A stretch of 32,000 nt of DNA from NCBI GenBank assembly GCA_041674405.1, contig JBAYVT010000002.1, positions 120,001-152,000 on the forward strand. The letters are read 5' to 3'. Origin of the DNA: Patescibacteria group bacterium (lineage in GTDB: Bacteria > Patescibacteriota > UBA1384 > XYA2-FULL-43-10). Shown piece after piece: positions 1-8,927 of this stretch (position 1 is its first letter; the number at the start of each line of letters is the position of its first letter). The notes beneath the pieces were generated by a model. That model had not been told where the DNA came from, ran no database searches, and saw only the letters and a program-made list of their open reading frames with translations. The position numbers were made by a program, and so were the translations under genes.

Positions 1-1037
1 AAAGTCAATGATCCGGACGCACGAGATACTGTGACAATTCCATCTTCGAGCGGCTGGCGCAGGGCTTCAAGAACGTTTCTGGGAAATTCGGGGAATTCAT
101 CCAAAAACAAAACTCCGCGATGGGAAAGAGATATCTCACCTGGTTTTGGCCACTGACCTCCACCAACCATAGCAACTCCTGATGTTGTATGGTGTGGCGC
201 TCGAAACGGACGTTTTGTTATCAATGTTTTTGCTCCACTAGTCATGCCGGAAACTGAATAGATTTTTGTTACTTCTAGCATCTCCTCGTTTGCCATATCT
301 GGCAAAATACTCGGGAGCGATCTTGCAAGTAATGTTTTACCCGATCCGGGAGGACCGGATAAGAGAATATTGTGATTGCCCGAAGCGGCAATCTCCATCG
401 CCCTTTTCGCTTGTTCTTGTCCGGCGATATAAGCAAAATCCAATTCATATTTGATAGTTTTTTCTTCAGTAGGCGCTGATCTTTGATATCTATTGATTAT
501 TTCTTCACTCCGAAGATGTTTAATCAATTTCGCTAAGCTTTCTACAGGAATAATCTCAATTCCTTGAACAAGGGCCGCTTCCTCCGCATTTACTTCGGGG
601 ACATAAATTCGATCAAATCCAGACTCTTTGGCATACATTGCTATCGGGAGAATCCCATTTACATGCCGAAGCCTACCGTCTAGTGCTAACTCTCCGACAA
701 ACAGCGCTTGGTTGTATTCGGGAACGTGTTGCAGCTGCTCTGATGCCAAAAGAATCCCTACCGCCATTGGCAGGTCAAAGCTCGGACCCTCTTTTTTCAT
801 GTCGGCAGGCGCCAGATTTACCGTCAGACGATGTTGGGGGAAGGGTAAGTGGCAATTTTTGATCGCCGAGCGAATCCGCTCCTTGCTTTCATCGATGGCC
901 TTATCCGGAAGTCCCACAATAGTAAAAGAGGGCAGTCCTGCTCCGATGTCGACTTCCACCTCGATCGGATAGCATTCCAAACCCATCGTCGTTGCCGATA
1001 GAACACGCGCAACTTTATTCAAATCCCCTCCCTGCAT
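1..1037 (-). CDS. comM: YifB/ComM family Mg-chelatase-like AAA+ ATPase, N-terminal part (runs off left edge)
   Basis: Reverse-strand frame reads [46 protein letters not shown]... and later Walker A region [22 protein letters not shown] and [13 protein letters not shown], typical of ComM. Not in the ORF track because the stop lies outside the window. Confidence 0.93.
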   Translation of the reverse strand, partial: MQGGDLNKVARVLSATTMGLECYPIEVEVDIGAGLPSFTIVGLPDKAIDESKERIRSAIKNCHLPFPQHRLTVNLAPADMKKEGPSFDLPMAVGILLASEQLQHVPEYNQALFVGELALDGRLRHVNGILPIAMYAKESGFDRIYVPEVNAEEAALVQGIEIIPVESLAKLIKHLRSEEIINRYQRSAPTEEKTIKYELDFAYIAGQEQAKRAMEIAASGNHNILLSGPPGSGKTLLARSLPSILPDMANEEMLEVTKIYSVSGMTSGAKTLITKRPFRAPHHTTSGVAMVGGGQWPKPGEISLSHRGVLFLDEFPEFPRNVLEALRQPLEDGIVTVSRASGSLT

Positions 1038-1133
1038 TTCAGTTCTTAGCCTCTTAGTCCCAAAAGGCCCCTTTGAGTTATTAGTTTTAACTAACTTAAT
1101 TGTAGAGTAAAATATCGTCTTTTAAAACCACTT

Positions 1134-1160
1134 GACCCGCCCCGAGCTTCGGGGCGGGTC
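1134..1160 (-). terminator. Perfect GC-rich hairpin downstream of the 1181..1315 microgene
   Basis: GACCCGCCCCGA-GCT-TCGGGGCGGGTC, 12-bp perfect stem; no strong T tract. Confidence 0.55.
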
Positions 1161-1180
1161 TCCAGATCTTCTTCCGACCG

Positions 1181-1315
1181 CTAGATGCGGCTCTCTGCCG
1201 TGTCGCAAGCGTCGCGGTACTCCTGGCAGGTGTACCCCGGATGACGCTCGCCGCACTCGCCGCAGACCTGTCCCTCTTCGGCTGCTTCTCTCTCTTTCTC
1301 CGCAAGTTCGCTCAT
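1181..1315 (-). CDS. 44-aa putative mini zinc-ribbon protein
   Basis: MSELAEKEREAAEEGQVCGECGERHPGYTCQEYRDACDTAESRI*; ATG preceded by ACAGGAGGTCAAG (strong SD); CxxC plus CxxxxxxC; not called in ORF track. Confidence 0.68.
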   Translation of the reverse strand: MSELAEKEREAAEEGQVCGECGERHPGYTCQEYRDACDTAESRI

Positions 1316-1344
1316 CTTGACCTCCTGTGTAATGGCTGCAGGAT

Positions 1345-1521
1345 TCATCCGTGTGCGACTACCGGCTCAAAGGCCAGCATTACTTGAGAAAACGGCGACC
1401 TGGGTTGTTTGGTCGCCTTGTTGGAATCGAGGGCCCTGCGACTGCGTTTGCAGAGCCAGCATCGGTCAGAAAACCCATGATCACTCATGAATCCTCCCCG
1501 ACCATCGCAAACCGGGCACAT
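1345..1521 (-). CDS. 58-aa putative zinc-ribbon protein with two CxxC motifs
   Basis: MCPVCDGRGGFMSDHGFSDRCWLCKRSRRALDSNKATKQPRSPFSQVMLAFEPVVAHG*; alternative start at internal Met (MSDHGF) with SD GGGGAGGATTC. Consensus-like promoter just upstream. Confidence 0.6.
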   Translation of the reverse strand: MCPVCDGRGGFMSDHGFSDRCWLCKRSRRALDSNKATKQPRSPFSQVMLAFEPVVAHG

Positions 1522-1551
1522 ATAGCAATCACCAGCCCTTTCACATCGGGG

Positions 1552-1580
1552 ATAATACCAAAATTTAAGCATTTAGACAA
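1552..1580 (-). promoter_or_regulatory. Sigma70-like promoter for the two zinc-ribbon microgenes
   Basis: On minus strand TTGTCT - 17 nt - TATTAT. Confidence 0.55.
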
Positions 1581-1611
1581 TTGAAAAAGGCCCTCTTAAG
1601 GCCTTTTTCAA
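1581..1611. terminator. Bidirectional rho-independent terminator
   Basis: TTGAAAAAGGCC-CTCTTAA-GGCCTTTTTCAA, perfect 12-bp inverted repeat with A/T runs; lies just after the stop of 1629..2324. Confidence 0.8.
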
Positions 1612-1628
1612 TTTATTAGACTTACTAT

Positions 1629-2324
1629 TTAGTTCGTGAACTGGAATGAACTTACCATATTATCGATGGCAGTATCATGAACACCATGGGAATCATCATT
1701 TTTCCAAACTATTTGATATCCCCGGCCACCATGATTCAAATATATAGATGTAGAATATGTCCCGTCCAGAAGAGAAGGTTCGTTCTCTGTAACCTTCCAG
1801 CCTGTTGCCCCAGCTAGAGTTATGTCGGATACCGTCTGTTCCTGGCCAGCAGATGTTATTTGGCTTAAGCCAAATTCCTCATCAACCACAGATATCATAA
1901 AATAAGGGATAGGCATCTCAGAATTCGCCCTATATGTGTTATCTGCCACCCTGTCCTTATTTACAATCACATAAATATCTTTTTTGACTTGCTGCCCAGA
2001 TTGGGAATCATACAGATAATCGATAAGCTGAAAAGCACTTTGGTATTTGAAGCTGTATCCATAAGTCTTGTTTGTATAGGTCGTAAGATTATTCGAGGAA
2101 GATGAGGAACTTGAACTAGATACTGAAGTACTGGACGAGCTAGTAGAACTTTCACTATCTGCATCAACCTTTTTCTGCAAATCAGAGATCTGGCTTTTGA
2201 GATTATTTTTATCTTTCGTCCATTTGGAATTCAAATAATAATACCCACCAGCGCCAAGGCCTGCCATGATGAGAACGGTAATAAGTATGATCCAAATTGC
2301 TGCCAAACCATTAGATCGTCGCAT
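1629..2324 (-). CDS. Hypothetical secreted/membrane-anchored protein with Ser-rich linker
   Basis: N-terminal TM segment (AAIWIILITVLIMAGLGAGGYYYL), coiled stretch, Ser-rich linker, then C-terminal globular domain. Confidence 0.75.
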   Translation of the reverse strand: MRRSNGLAAIWIILITVLIMAGLGAGGYYYLNSKWTKDKNNLKSQISDLQKKVDADSESSTSSSSTSVSSSSSSSSSNNLTTYTNKTYGYSFKYQSAFQLIDYLYDSQSGQQVKKDIYVIVNKDRVADNTYRANSEMPIPYFMISVVDEEFGLSQITSAGQEQTVSDITLAGATGWKVTENEPSLLDGTYSTSIYLNHGGRGYQIVWKNDDSHGVHDTAIDNMVSSFQFTN

Positions 2325-2399
2325 GCTCCTCCTTTTTTAGTAAGTAGAAAGTAGTCCGTAGTCCTTAGATAAATCCTGACTTAAATATTATAGAACAAA

Positions 2400-3335
2400 T
2401 TATTCTTTAAGAAAATCGTCGATAACTCCAAACACATCATTTTTATTTTTTGCCCAAATAATTTCCGAAAACCTTCGGAACCAAGTGAGCTGCCTTCTGG
2501 CGTATTGATGAATTTTCCATTTCATATTCTGTTTTATGACTTCAAAATCTTTTTGATCTTTATCAATATAATTGGCTAATATCTTGTATTCCAACCCGAT
2601 CTTTTCGAACCATGAGAGAGAAACTCCCTTTTCCATTAGATTTGAGACTTCCTCATAAAAGCCCTCCGCAAACCATTCGTCGACCCGCTTATCTATTCTC
2701 GAATACAATTCCTCCCGCGGGTAATCGATAGCAATTTGTAGGACAACAAAATCCGGTTTGATTTTTGTCGGTGCTGTGCCTTCTTGCGCCTTCTCGATCG
2801 CCCTAATTAACCTTCGAGGATTCTGAACGTCAAGCCCATGGTCATTAGTCCGTAGCCCGTAGTAAATTTTCTGCAATTCTTCGAGCGACATCGAATTTAA
2901 TTGTTCCCGGGAAATTTTCGCTTGATTCTTGATTCTTGATTCTTCCGACCTCGGCTCGAGCCTCGGCCGAGACGGGTGATCCTTGATTTCAAATCCCTCA
3001 ATTAAAGCTTGAACGTAAAGCCCCGTTCCTCCGACAATTACCGGCAGTTTGCCGCGGGCAAAAATGCCTTCGATAACTTCGCGGGCACGTGATAGCCAAT
3101 CAAACATTGAAAATTCTTCACCAGGATCGCAAATATCGATGAGGTGATATTTGATATTGCCATATTCGGAGAGATCTTTACCGGTCCCAATATCGAGTCC
3201 GCGAAAAACTTGTCTCGAATCTGCCGAGACTATTTCGCCGTCATATTTTTTGGCAATTGCAACTCCTAGGCCTGTTTTTCCAGTAGCTGTCGGCCCGACA
3301 ATTGCCACAATTTTCTGCACATTTTCCATTTGCAT
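2400..3335 (-). CDS. miaA: tRNA dimethylallyltransferase
   Basis: MQMENVQKIVAIVGPTATGKTGLGVAIAKKYDGEIVSADSRQVFRGLDIGTGK...; the ORF-track start at 3557 (TTG) is replaced by ATG 3335 or 3329, which has AAGGA upstream; the extension overlaps a separate microgene in another frame. Confidence 0.92.
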   Translation of the reverse strand: MQMENVQKIVAIVGPTATGKTGLGVAIAKKYDGEIVSADSRQVFRGLDIGTGKDLSEYGNIKYHLIDICDPGEEFSMFDWLSRAREVIEGIFARGKLPVIVGGTGLYVQALIEGFEIKDHPSRPRLEPRSEESRIKNQAKISREQLNSMSLEELQKIYYGLRTNDHGLDVQNPRRLIRAIEKAQEGTAPTKIKPDFVVLQIAIDYPREELYSRIDKRVDEWFAEGFYEEVSNLMEKGVSLSWFEKIGLEYKILANYIDKDQKDFEVIKQNMKWKIHQYARRQLTWFRRFSEIIWAKNKNDVFGVIDDFLKE

Positions 3336-3354
3336 GGTCCTTAGCAATAATTTG

Positions 3355-3382
3355 GGCGCGCACGTCACATGACGCACGCGCC
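3355..3382 (-). terminator. GC-rich hairpin after the 3412..3564 microgene
   Basis: Minus strand GGCGCGTGCGTCA-TG-TGACGTGCGCGCC: 13 complementary positions with two G.U pairs that only form in minus-strand RNA; no T tract. Confidence 0.5.
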
Positions 3383-3411
3383 GGCTGTCTCGCCCAGTTC
3401 TCACCCTCCCA

Positions 3412-3564
3412 CTAGCTCTCGCTGCCTTCAACATCAGTCCCCCTGTACCTTGACCTTCCACACTGAAGGCAATTACCATCCGGATCCGGAGGTCGAGTGT
3501 CCCCGCAGTGAGGGCACTTGAACTCCTGCACTTCCGCGGTACCAACTTCCAGATCAACAGCCAT
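3412..3564 (-). CDS. 50-aa putative mini zinc-ribbon protein
   Basis: MAVDLEVGTAEVQEFKCPHCGDTRPPDPDGNCLQCGRSRYRGTDVEGSES*; SD GAAGGAGGTGCCATAA-ATG; two CxxC(G) knuckles; hidden under the artefactual N-terminal extension of the miaA ORF. Confidence 0.75.
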   Translation of the reverse strand: MAVDLEVGTAEVQEFKCPHCGDTRPPDPDGNCLQCGRSRYRGTDVEGSES

Positions 3565-3588
3565 TTATGGCACCTCCTTCGCCTATCT

Positions 3589-3618
3589 TATATACCACAA
3601 ATTAGCCTCGCCTTCCAA
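3589..3618 (-). promoter_or_regulatory. Putative promoter of the 50-aa zinc-ribbon gene
   Basis: Minus strand TTGGAA - 18 nt - TATATA, placing a start a short distance upstream of the SD. Confidence 0.4.
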
Positions 3619-3660
3619 TGTGTTGCACAATGCCTTAATTTCAAATTACAATACATAAGC

Positions 3661-4383
3661 ATGATTAAGATATCGCATGTCACAAAAAAGTACGGCAAAG
3701 AGATTATCGTCGACGATCTTTCTCTCTCGATAAAAGAGGGGACGATTTTCGGTTTTTTGGGCCCGAACGGAGCAGGGAAGACGACTACGCTCAAAATTAT
3801 ACTCAGTCTCATCAAGGACTATGACGGCATTATTACGATCGGCGGCGAGATGACCATGGACGCAAAAACAAAAGAAAAAATTGGTTTTATGCCAGAAGAC
3901 CCCTACTTCTATGACCATCTGACCGGTTTGGAATTCCTGAAATTCTGTGGTGAACTTTTCAATTATTCGAGAGAGAAAAATAACGGATATTATCTGAATA
4001 TTCTAGACCAAGTCGGGCTGTACGATGCAAGAAGCATGATGGTGAGAAATTATTCCAAGGGCATGAAGCAGCGTCTCGGCCTCGCGCAAGCCCTCGTAAA
4101 TGATCCAGATTATATTTTTCTCGATGAACCGCTCGACGGGCTTGACCCAATCGGCCGCGCCGATATCAAAAATATCATCAAAGGTTTGAAAAAACGAAAA
4201 AAAACAGTCTTTTTTTCCTCACACATCCTCTCGGATATCGAAGAGTTATGCGATGAAATCGGCATAATTAATAAAGGAAAATTATTATATTCCGGCTCGG
4301 TGAAAAAATTCTGCCGTGGTAGCGCATTTGAAGAAAAATTTGTCGAGGTTATAAAAAATGAAAAACGTACTGGCAATCGCTAA
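3661..4383 (+). CDS. ABC transporter ATP-binding protein
   Basis: MIKISHVTKKYGKEIIVDDLSLSIKEGTIFGFLGPNGAGKTTTLK... with NYSKGMKQRLGLAQAL signature and FLDEPLDGLDP Walker B. Start trimmed from ORF-track 3508. Confidence 0.92.
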   Translation: MIKISHVTKKYGKEIIVDDLSLSIKEGTIFGFLGPNGAGKTTTLKIILSLIKDYDGIITIGGEMTMDAKTKEKIGFMPEDPYFYDHLTGLEFLKFCGELFNYSREKNNGYYLNILDQVGLYDARSMMVRNYSKGMKQRLGLAQALVNDPDYIFLDEPLDGLDPIGRADIKNIIKGLKKRKKTVFFSSHILSDIEELCDEIGIINKGKLLYSGSVKKFCRGSAFEEKFVEVIKNEKRTGNR

Positions 4384-5119
4384 AAATACATTCCGCGAGA
4401 CCATCCGTGATCGGATTCTTTATTCGATTTTGATATTCGGCATGCTTTTCATCATCTCAACTATTTTTTTAGGTTCAATTTCACTCGGCGAAGATCTAAA
4501 AATAATTCGCGATCTGGGACTTGCCGGAATTTATATCTTCGGTTTGATTATCACGATTTTTCTCGGAACATCACTCATCTATAAGGAGATTGAAGGAAGA
4601 ACGCTTTATATCGTTTTTTCGAAGCCGGTTGGAGCAGCCCAATATATCTTGGGCAAATTTCTCGGACTTTTCACATCCGTGGTTCTAACTATTTTGATCA
4701 TGTCGGTGCTTTATCTTGCAATTGTCGCGGCAAAAGGCGGAGGATTTGATTATTTCGGTCTCGCCGCGATTGGCATGCAGATTTTAGAACTTGCAGTTTT
4801 TATTGCGCTTTCGATCCTATTTTCAACCTTTTCGACTCCACTAGCCTCAACTCTCTACGCGATTTTGCTTCTTTTCATTGGCCATTCACTACCGATGATA
4901 TTAAAATATGCTTTAAAATCGAGCGTGCTTTTCAAATATTTCGCATATGCGATTTACTACATTCTGCCCAACCTCGAGAAGTTCAATCTTAGAAACATTG
5001 CCGTGCACGGAATTTTGCCGAACGGTTTGGCTGTCTTTTCTGCTGTAGCTTATGGTGTAGTTTATACGATAATAATTCTCGCAATCGCAAATTATTCCCT
5101 GTCCAAACAGGAGGTTTAA
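4358..5119 (+). CDS. ABC transporter permease (ABC-2 type)
   Basis: Multi-TM protein MKNVLAIAKNTFRETIRDRILYSILIFGMLFIIST... overlapping the ATPase gene. Confidence 0.85.
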   Translation: MKNVLAIAKNTFRETIRDRILYSILIFGMLFIISTIFLGSISLGEDLKIIRDLGLAGIYIFGLIITIFLGTSLIYKEIEGRTLYIVFSKPVGAAQYILGKFLGLFTSVVLTILIMSVLYLAIVAAKGGGFDYFGLAAIGMQILELAVFIALSILFSTFSTPLASTLYAILLLFIGHSLPMILKYALKSSVLFKYFAYAIYYILPNLEKFNLRNIAVHGILPNGLAVFSAVAYGVVYTIIILAIANYSLSKQEV

Positions 5120-5173
5120 CCAGAATCAAGAATCAGGTATTAAGAATTAAGCTCACTGCTTGATACTTGATAC

Positions 5174-5992
5174 ATGATACTTAATACAATAAAAAATAAA
5201 TCCTTTTTAAAGATGATTATTTTCATCCTTTTATCCGTCTTGGTTATTGCGACCCAGATTTTTTCCGATGGAGCAAAGGCGGAAACGAAAAAGCCCTCCC
5301 CTCTTGTCATGCCGGCAAAAGTTATCGAATTTGTTGATTTAGGATTAAAAAATGCCGCCGCAGATTTAAATTGGCTAGCTTCCATACAATATTTTGGCGA
5401 TTGGCAAGATGATGATTATGCGAAACTCACCGCTTATATAAAAGCGACAAACGAACTAGATCCGAAATTCTCCTACCCCTATGCTTTTGGCGCCATAATT
5501 TTACCCGGACTGGGCAAAACTAACGATGCTATCGCGATCGCCAAAGACGGGATAGCTAACTCCGACCCGGACTACCGCATCCCCTATTATCTTGCCGTTA
5601 CTTATTTCTTGAACAAGCAAGACTATGCAAACGCAGCATATTATTTCGATGTTGCCGCAAGGACAGCCGGCGCACCGGATAACGTAAAAGCAATATCTGC
5701 AAGTTTCAATTCCCGGCCGGATCTTAGAGCACAATCAATCGCTATTTGGACTTCGATTTTTGAAAATTCGAACGATGAAGTTATTCAAGAACGCGCGAAA
5801 GCTTACATCATACATTATGAAATTCTAAACATTCTCGAAGTTGCTGCGGAAGAGTACAAAAATAAGACCGGAAATTATCCGGCAAATATCGAAGACTTAG
5901 TGACTGCAAAAATTCTTACAGCAGTGCCAAAAGATCCTTTTGGGTTTACATACCTTATAGACAACGACGGCAGAGCTAGAATAAATCAATAA
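5174..5992 (+). CDS. Membrane-anchored TPR-like protein with pseudopilin-like C-terminus
   Basis: N-terminal TM, helical repeat segment (DLGLKNAAADLNWLASIQYFGDW...), C-terminal EEYKNKTGNYPANIEDLVTAKILTAVPKDPFGFTYLID. Downstream and co-oriented with the ABC genes. Confidence 0.65.
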   Translation: MILNTIKNKSFLKMIIFILLSVLVIATQIFSDGAKAETKKPSPLVMPAKVIEFVDLGLKNAAADLNWLASIQYFGDWQDDDYAKLTAYIKATNELDPKFSYPYAFGAIILPGLGKTNDAIAIAKDGIANSDPDYRIPYYLAVTYFLNKQDYANAAYYFDVAARTAGAPDNVKAISASFNSRPDLRAQSIAIWTSIFENSNDEVIQERAKAYIIHYEILNILEVAAEEYKNKTGNYPANIEDLVTAKILTAVPKDPFGFTYLIDNDGRARINQ

Positions 5993-6175
5993 TTACTCTT
6001 CTTTCTTGTCGTCCTTGTGCTCCTCTTCCCGCTTTCTCTGCACTCTTTGGATTTCGAAAACCGATTTTCCCGAAACTGGCATATCTTCCTCGCGCTCTTT
6101 CTCCGCTTCTTCGAAGAGCTCATCCTCTAAATTTTCGAGATCCTCATCGGTGTAATTTGTAAGATTTCCGCTCAT
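5993..6175 (-). CDS. Hypothetical 60-aa highly charged acidic protein
   Basis: MSGNLTNYTDEDLENLEDELFEEAEKEREEDMPVSGKSVFEIQRVQRKREEEHKDDKKEE*, stop-to-stop convergent with 5174..5992. Confidence 0.55.
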   Translation of the reverse strand: MSGNLTNYTDEDLENLEDELFEEAEKEREEDMPVSGKSVFEIQRVQRKREEEHKDDKKEE

Positions 6176-6214
6176 GGTTCAATTATATCGAATGTTTCGT
6201 AAAATTTTAATGTG

Positions 6215-6244
6215 GCCGCCTGCTCGCCATCGGGCAGGCGCGGC
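6215..6244. repeat. GC-rich imperfect palindrome immediately after the 6245..6472 stop codon
   Basis: GCCGCCTGCTCGCCATCGGGCAGGCGCGGC: CTGCTCG-CCAT-CGGGCAG core flanked by GCCG/CGGC. Confidence 0.55.
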
Positions 6245-6472
6245 TCACTGGTTTCCGGCTAGCACTTTCGCACCCAAATCTCGAAGCTCAATAAACAACT
6301 CCTCAGCTTCGCTCGAGAGCATAGCAGTAAGATCCGCAAGATCAATCTTGTCGAGAAGTTCAGAGGCCTTGAGGGAAAACTGCCTTTTTTGACCCTCGTG
6401 TACCCCTGCGTCTTCCGCATTTAGATTGAAATTGCTCACGTACCGCATTACGTCATCAGTCGTCGACGGCAT
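6245..6472 (-). CDS. Hypothetical 75-aa protein
   Basis: MPSTTDDVMRYVSNFNLNAEDAGVHEGQKRQFSLKASELLDKIDLADLTAMLSSEAEELFIELRDLGAKVLAGNQ*; preceded by AGGAAGGGG SD-like site. Confidence 0.6.
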   Translation of the reverse strand: MPSTTDDVMRYVSNFNLNAEDAGVHEGQKRQFSLKASELLDKIDLADLTAMLSSEAEELFIELRDLGAKVLAGNQ

Positions 6473-6555
6473 GGCCTTGCCCCCTTCCTAGAAGTCAGTA
6501 CTCAATTCGTAGCACAAGAATTATGAAAATTCTATGAATTTCTACACAAAAAAAA

Positions 6556-6570
6556 TCAGGCAATGCCTGA
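6556..6570. terminator. Rho-independent terminator
   Basis: A-run, TCAGGCAATGCCTGA, CTTG, T-run. Confidence 0.65.
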
Positions 6571-6590
6571 CTTGTTTTTTGAATCAATAA

Positions 6591-7184
6591 TTAGAGCTCT
6601 ATGTTGCTTGCGATTTGTTTCATTGAATCGAGGCAAATCTCGATGAATTTATCTACGGGAATGTTGAGACCATCCGCTTTCTCGCACATTGAGACTTCAT
6701 CTCGTCTCGTACCAGCTGCAAATCTTGGTTCTTTGTGAAACCTTTTTGTGACAGATTTTAGCTTCACTTCATCCAACTTTTTTGATGGATAAACGAGAGC
6801 GACCGCGGTAATCAAGCCCGTTAGGCTGTCGGCACAGAAAATCGCCCACTCTGCTTTACTCTCCGGATAGATTTTAGTTAACTCCGGACCGTGCGCTTTC
6901 ACAATCCGGTCGACTTTATCCGAAATCTCAAGCTTATATTTTGCAAGGACCTCGCGCGTTTTATGCGGATGATCAGCTTTATTTTCTTCAGAGTAATCAA
7001 TGTCGTGGATTAGCCCAGCAAGAGCCCACTCATCGCGATCATCATCCGCTCCTAGTTTGTTTTGCTCTTTTAAATAATCAAAAATCCCGCCCATGCAGGC
7101 TTCAAGCGCCAGAGAATGATAAAAAATATTGGTTTCAAGCTCCGCCCTTATCGCCTCCAAATATTTTTGCCTATCATAGGTCAT
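6591..7184 (-). CDS. HD-domain phosphohydrolase
   Basis: ...WALAGLIHDIDYSEENKADHPHKTREVLAKY... HD motif and downstream Asp (CADSLTG). Confidence 0.8.
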   Translation of the reverse strand: MTYDRQKYLEAIRAELETNIFYHSLALEACMGGIFDYLKEQNKLGADDDRDEWALAGLIHDIDYSEENKADHPHKTREVLAKYKLEISDKVDRIVKAHGPELTKIYPESKAEWAIFCADSLTGLITAVALVYPSKKLDEVKLKSVTKRFHKEPRFAAGTRRDEVSMCEKADGLNIPVDKFIEICLDSMKQIASNIEL

Positions 7185-7189
7185 TTCTT

Positions 7190-8101
7190 TTACTTTCCCA
7201 AAACTTGAAAATAATAGGAAAAAATTTTGTTTTTTATCGCAGCCGAAAGAAACATTCCAGCAGCAAAACTCATTAAAATATCTTGTGAAAAAATTGGACC
7301 AAATAATTTACCCTTCCACGTAGTTCTCCCCAATATATGCAATGATCTTTCTCGCAGCATATCTGCAGTCGGAATTACCAGGTTAGAGATAACATCATTT
7401 TTTTCAATAATCATTTTTGCTTTTTCAACATCTTTTTTGAATTTTTCAATTGATTCGAATTCATCTACCGCCATTCCTTTCGCCACCAACGATTTTATCA
7501 ATAGCTCATTTTCCGAGAGACCAGATTCATCTCTCACAGAATACATGTCGAAACAGATGAAGACCCCTCCCGGTTTTAGAACTCTCTTAATCTCTTCGAG
7601 AACTTTGGTTTTATTGCTAGTATGACAAATCGTCTCAATTGCAAAAACAATCTCAAAAGAATCTTCCTCATACAAACTTAGATCGTGATAATCGCCAACA
7701 ACCTGAGAAAAATTCTTATTTTTTCGATATCTCGCAAGTGGTTTAAGAGAATAGTCTAGCGCAAAAAAACTGATTGATGGATATTTTGAGGCAAGTAACC
7801 CGCTATTAGCGCCATTTCCAGCTCCTAGCTCTAAAATTTTTTTTGCTTTTAGGCTCTCAATATATTTCTCAATAATTTTGATTGGCCCCAGATAGTCTAA
7901 CTTTTTGAATTTTCCGTCATACGACAAACCGGAGTGCATCATGCCACTACGATCGTAAAAAATGATATACGGCAGTCTATTGATCCTGTAGTACTTTTTA
8001 ACCCCCTTGCCCTGATATTCATTTTTGAGCACAGCATCAATGTCTATCCGTTTCCGCACAATGTTTAAATCTTGATTGATTTTTTGGTCAATGATATTCA
8101 T
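7190..8101 (-). CDS. SAM-dependent methyltransferase (class I)
   Basis: KILELGAGNGANSGLLASKYPSISFFALDYS... and EVKRVLKPGGVFICFDMYS. Confidence 0.85.
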   Translation of the reverse strand: MNIIDQKINQDLNIVRKRIDIDAVLKNEYQGKGVKKYYRINRLPYIIFYDRSGMMHSGLSYDGKFKKLDYLGPIKIIEKYIESLKAKKILELGAGNGANSGLLASKYPSISFFALDYSLKPLARYRKNKNFSQVVGDYHDLSLYEEDSFEIVFAIETICHTSNKTKVLEEIKRVLKPGGVFICFDMYSVRDESGLSENELLIKSLVAKGMAVDEFESIEKFKKDVEKAKMIIEKNDVISNLVIPTADMLRERSLHILGRTTWKGKLFGPIFSQDILMSFAAGMFLSAAIKNKIFSYYFQVLGK

Positions 8102-8112
8102 GTTTACCTTAT

Positions 8113-8198
8113 TGGTGCTCGGGAGAGGACTTGAACCTCCATGGATGTTACTCCGCTAGCTCCTAAGGCTAGTGCGTCTACCATTTCGCCACCCGAGC
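8113..8198 (-). tRNA. tRNA-Leu (anticodon UAG), CCA encoded
   Basis: GCTCGGGTGGCGAAATGGTAGACGCACTAGCCTTAGGAGCTAGCGGAGTAACATCCATGGAGGTTCAAGTCCTCTCCCGAGCACCA; acceptor GCTCGGG/CCCGAGC, anticodon loop CTTAGGA. Confidence 0.95.
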
Positions 8199-8231
8199 AT
8201 TATTGAACATACGAATTATAGCAAAAAAAGA

Positions 8232-8888
8232 TTATATTGTCACGAGGTCGGCAAGCTTTTCGAAGGTCTTGTCGCCAATTCCTTTTACATTTTTGAGCTC
8301 TTCTATCGATTTAAATCCGCCATGTTGAGTTCGATAGTCAATGATTCGAGTCGCATATGCCGTGCCGATGCCTGGTAACGTGTCTAGCTGTGCCGCCGTA
8401 GCGGTATTAAGATTAATCTTTCCAACAGGTTTGTTTGCCGATGACGCCGACACCGAAGTCGAAGCGCCGGCTATCTGTCCAGTTTCAGCAGGCGCAGTTG
8501 CCGTAACAGCCGCAGAGCTTGACACAGGCGCATTTTGTTTCGACAAATCGCCTATCTCTGCTTCCAATTTTTCTATTCTTGCATCCTGATCAGTGATTCT
8601 CTTCTCAAGCACCGGCTTGAAATAATTTTCGCGATAGAGCAAAAAACCGCCCGAAAGGAGTATTAGAACAAGCAAGATTCCCCCAATAGCAACCCGATGT
8701 CGCTCGACAAATTCCGCGGAAAATATGCTTTCCTCCGGCAAATCGGGTAAAACATTTTTTATTTTCGGGTCTTCGGGTTTTTTCCTAATATGAATTGAAA
8801 TCAAAAATCTTCCCCACCCCTCCTTAACAGAGTCCAACTTTCGCCGCCGCCACTCTTTAAATTTGATCTTTGGCTTTTGCTTCCACAT
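8232..8888 (-). CDS. comEA: ComEA-like helix-hairpin-helix DNA-binding membrane protein
   Basis: TM helix (GGILLVLILLSGGFLLY) then C-terminal INLNTATAAQLDTLPGIGTAYATRIIDYRTQHGGFKSIEELKNVKGIGDKTFEKL. Confidence 0.88.
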   Translation of the reverse strand: MWKQKPKIKFKEWRRRKLDSVKEGWGRFLISIHIRKKPEDPKIKNVLPDLPEESIFSAEFVERHRVAIGGILLVLILLSGGFLLYRENYFKPVLEKRITDQDARIEKLEAEIGDLSKQNAPVSSSAAVTATAPAETGQIAGASTSVSASSANKPVGKINLNTATAAQLDTLPGIGTAYATRIIDYRTQHGGFKSIEELKNVKGIGDKTFEKLADLVTI

Positions 8889-8927
8889 TTTGGTTACTAG
8901 TTTTAAGTTTTAAATTGAAATTTTGAG

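Noticed and set aside
1096-1584. Track ORFs 1096..1305 (-), 1132..1320 (+) and 1351..1584 (+)
   Set aside because: Shadow frames over SD-supported minus-strand zinc-ribbon microgenes; low-complexity Arg/Ser-rich translations.
3336-3557. N-terminal extension of MiaA suggested by the ORF track
   Set aside because: TTG-initiated, overlaps an SD-led 50-aa ribbon ORF and a hairpin; the conserved MiaA N-terminus begins at MENVQKIVAIVGPTATGK.
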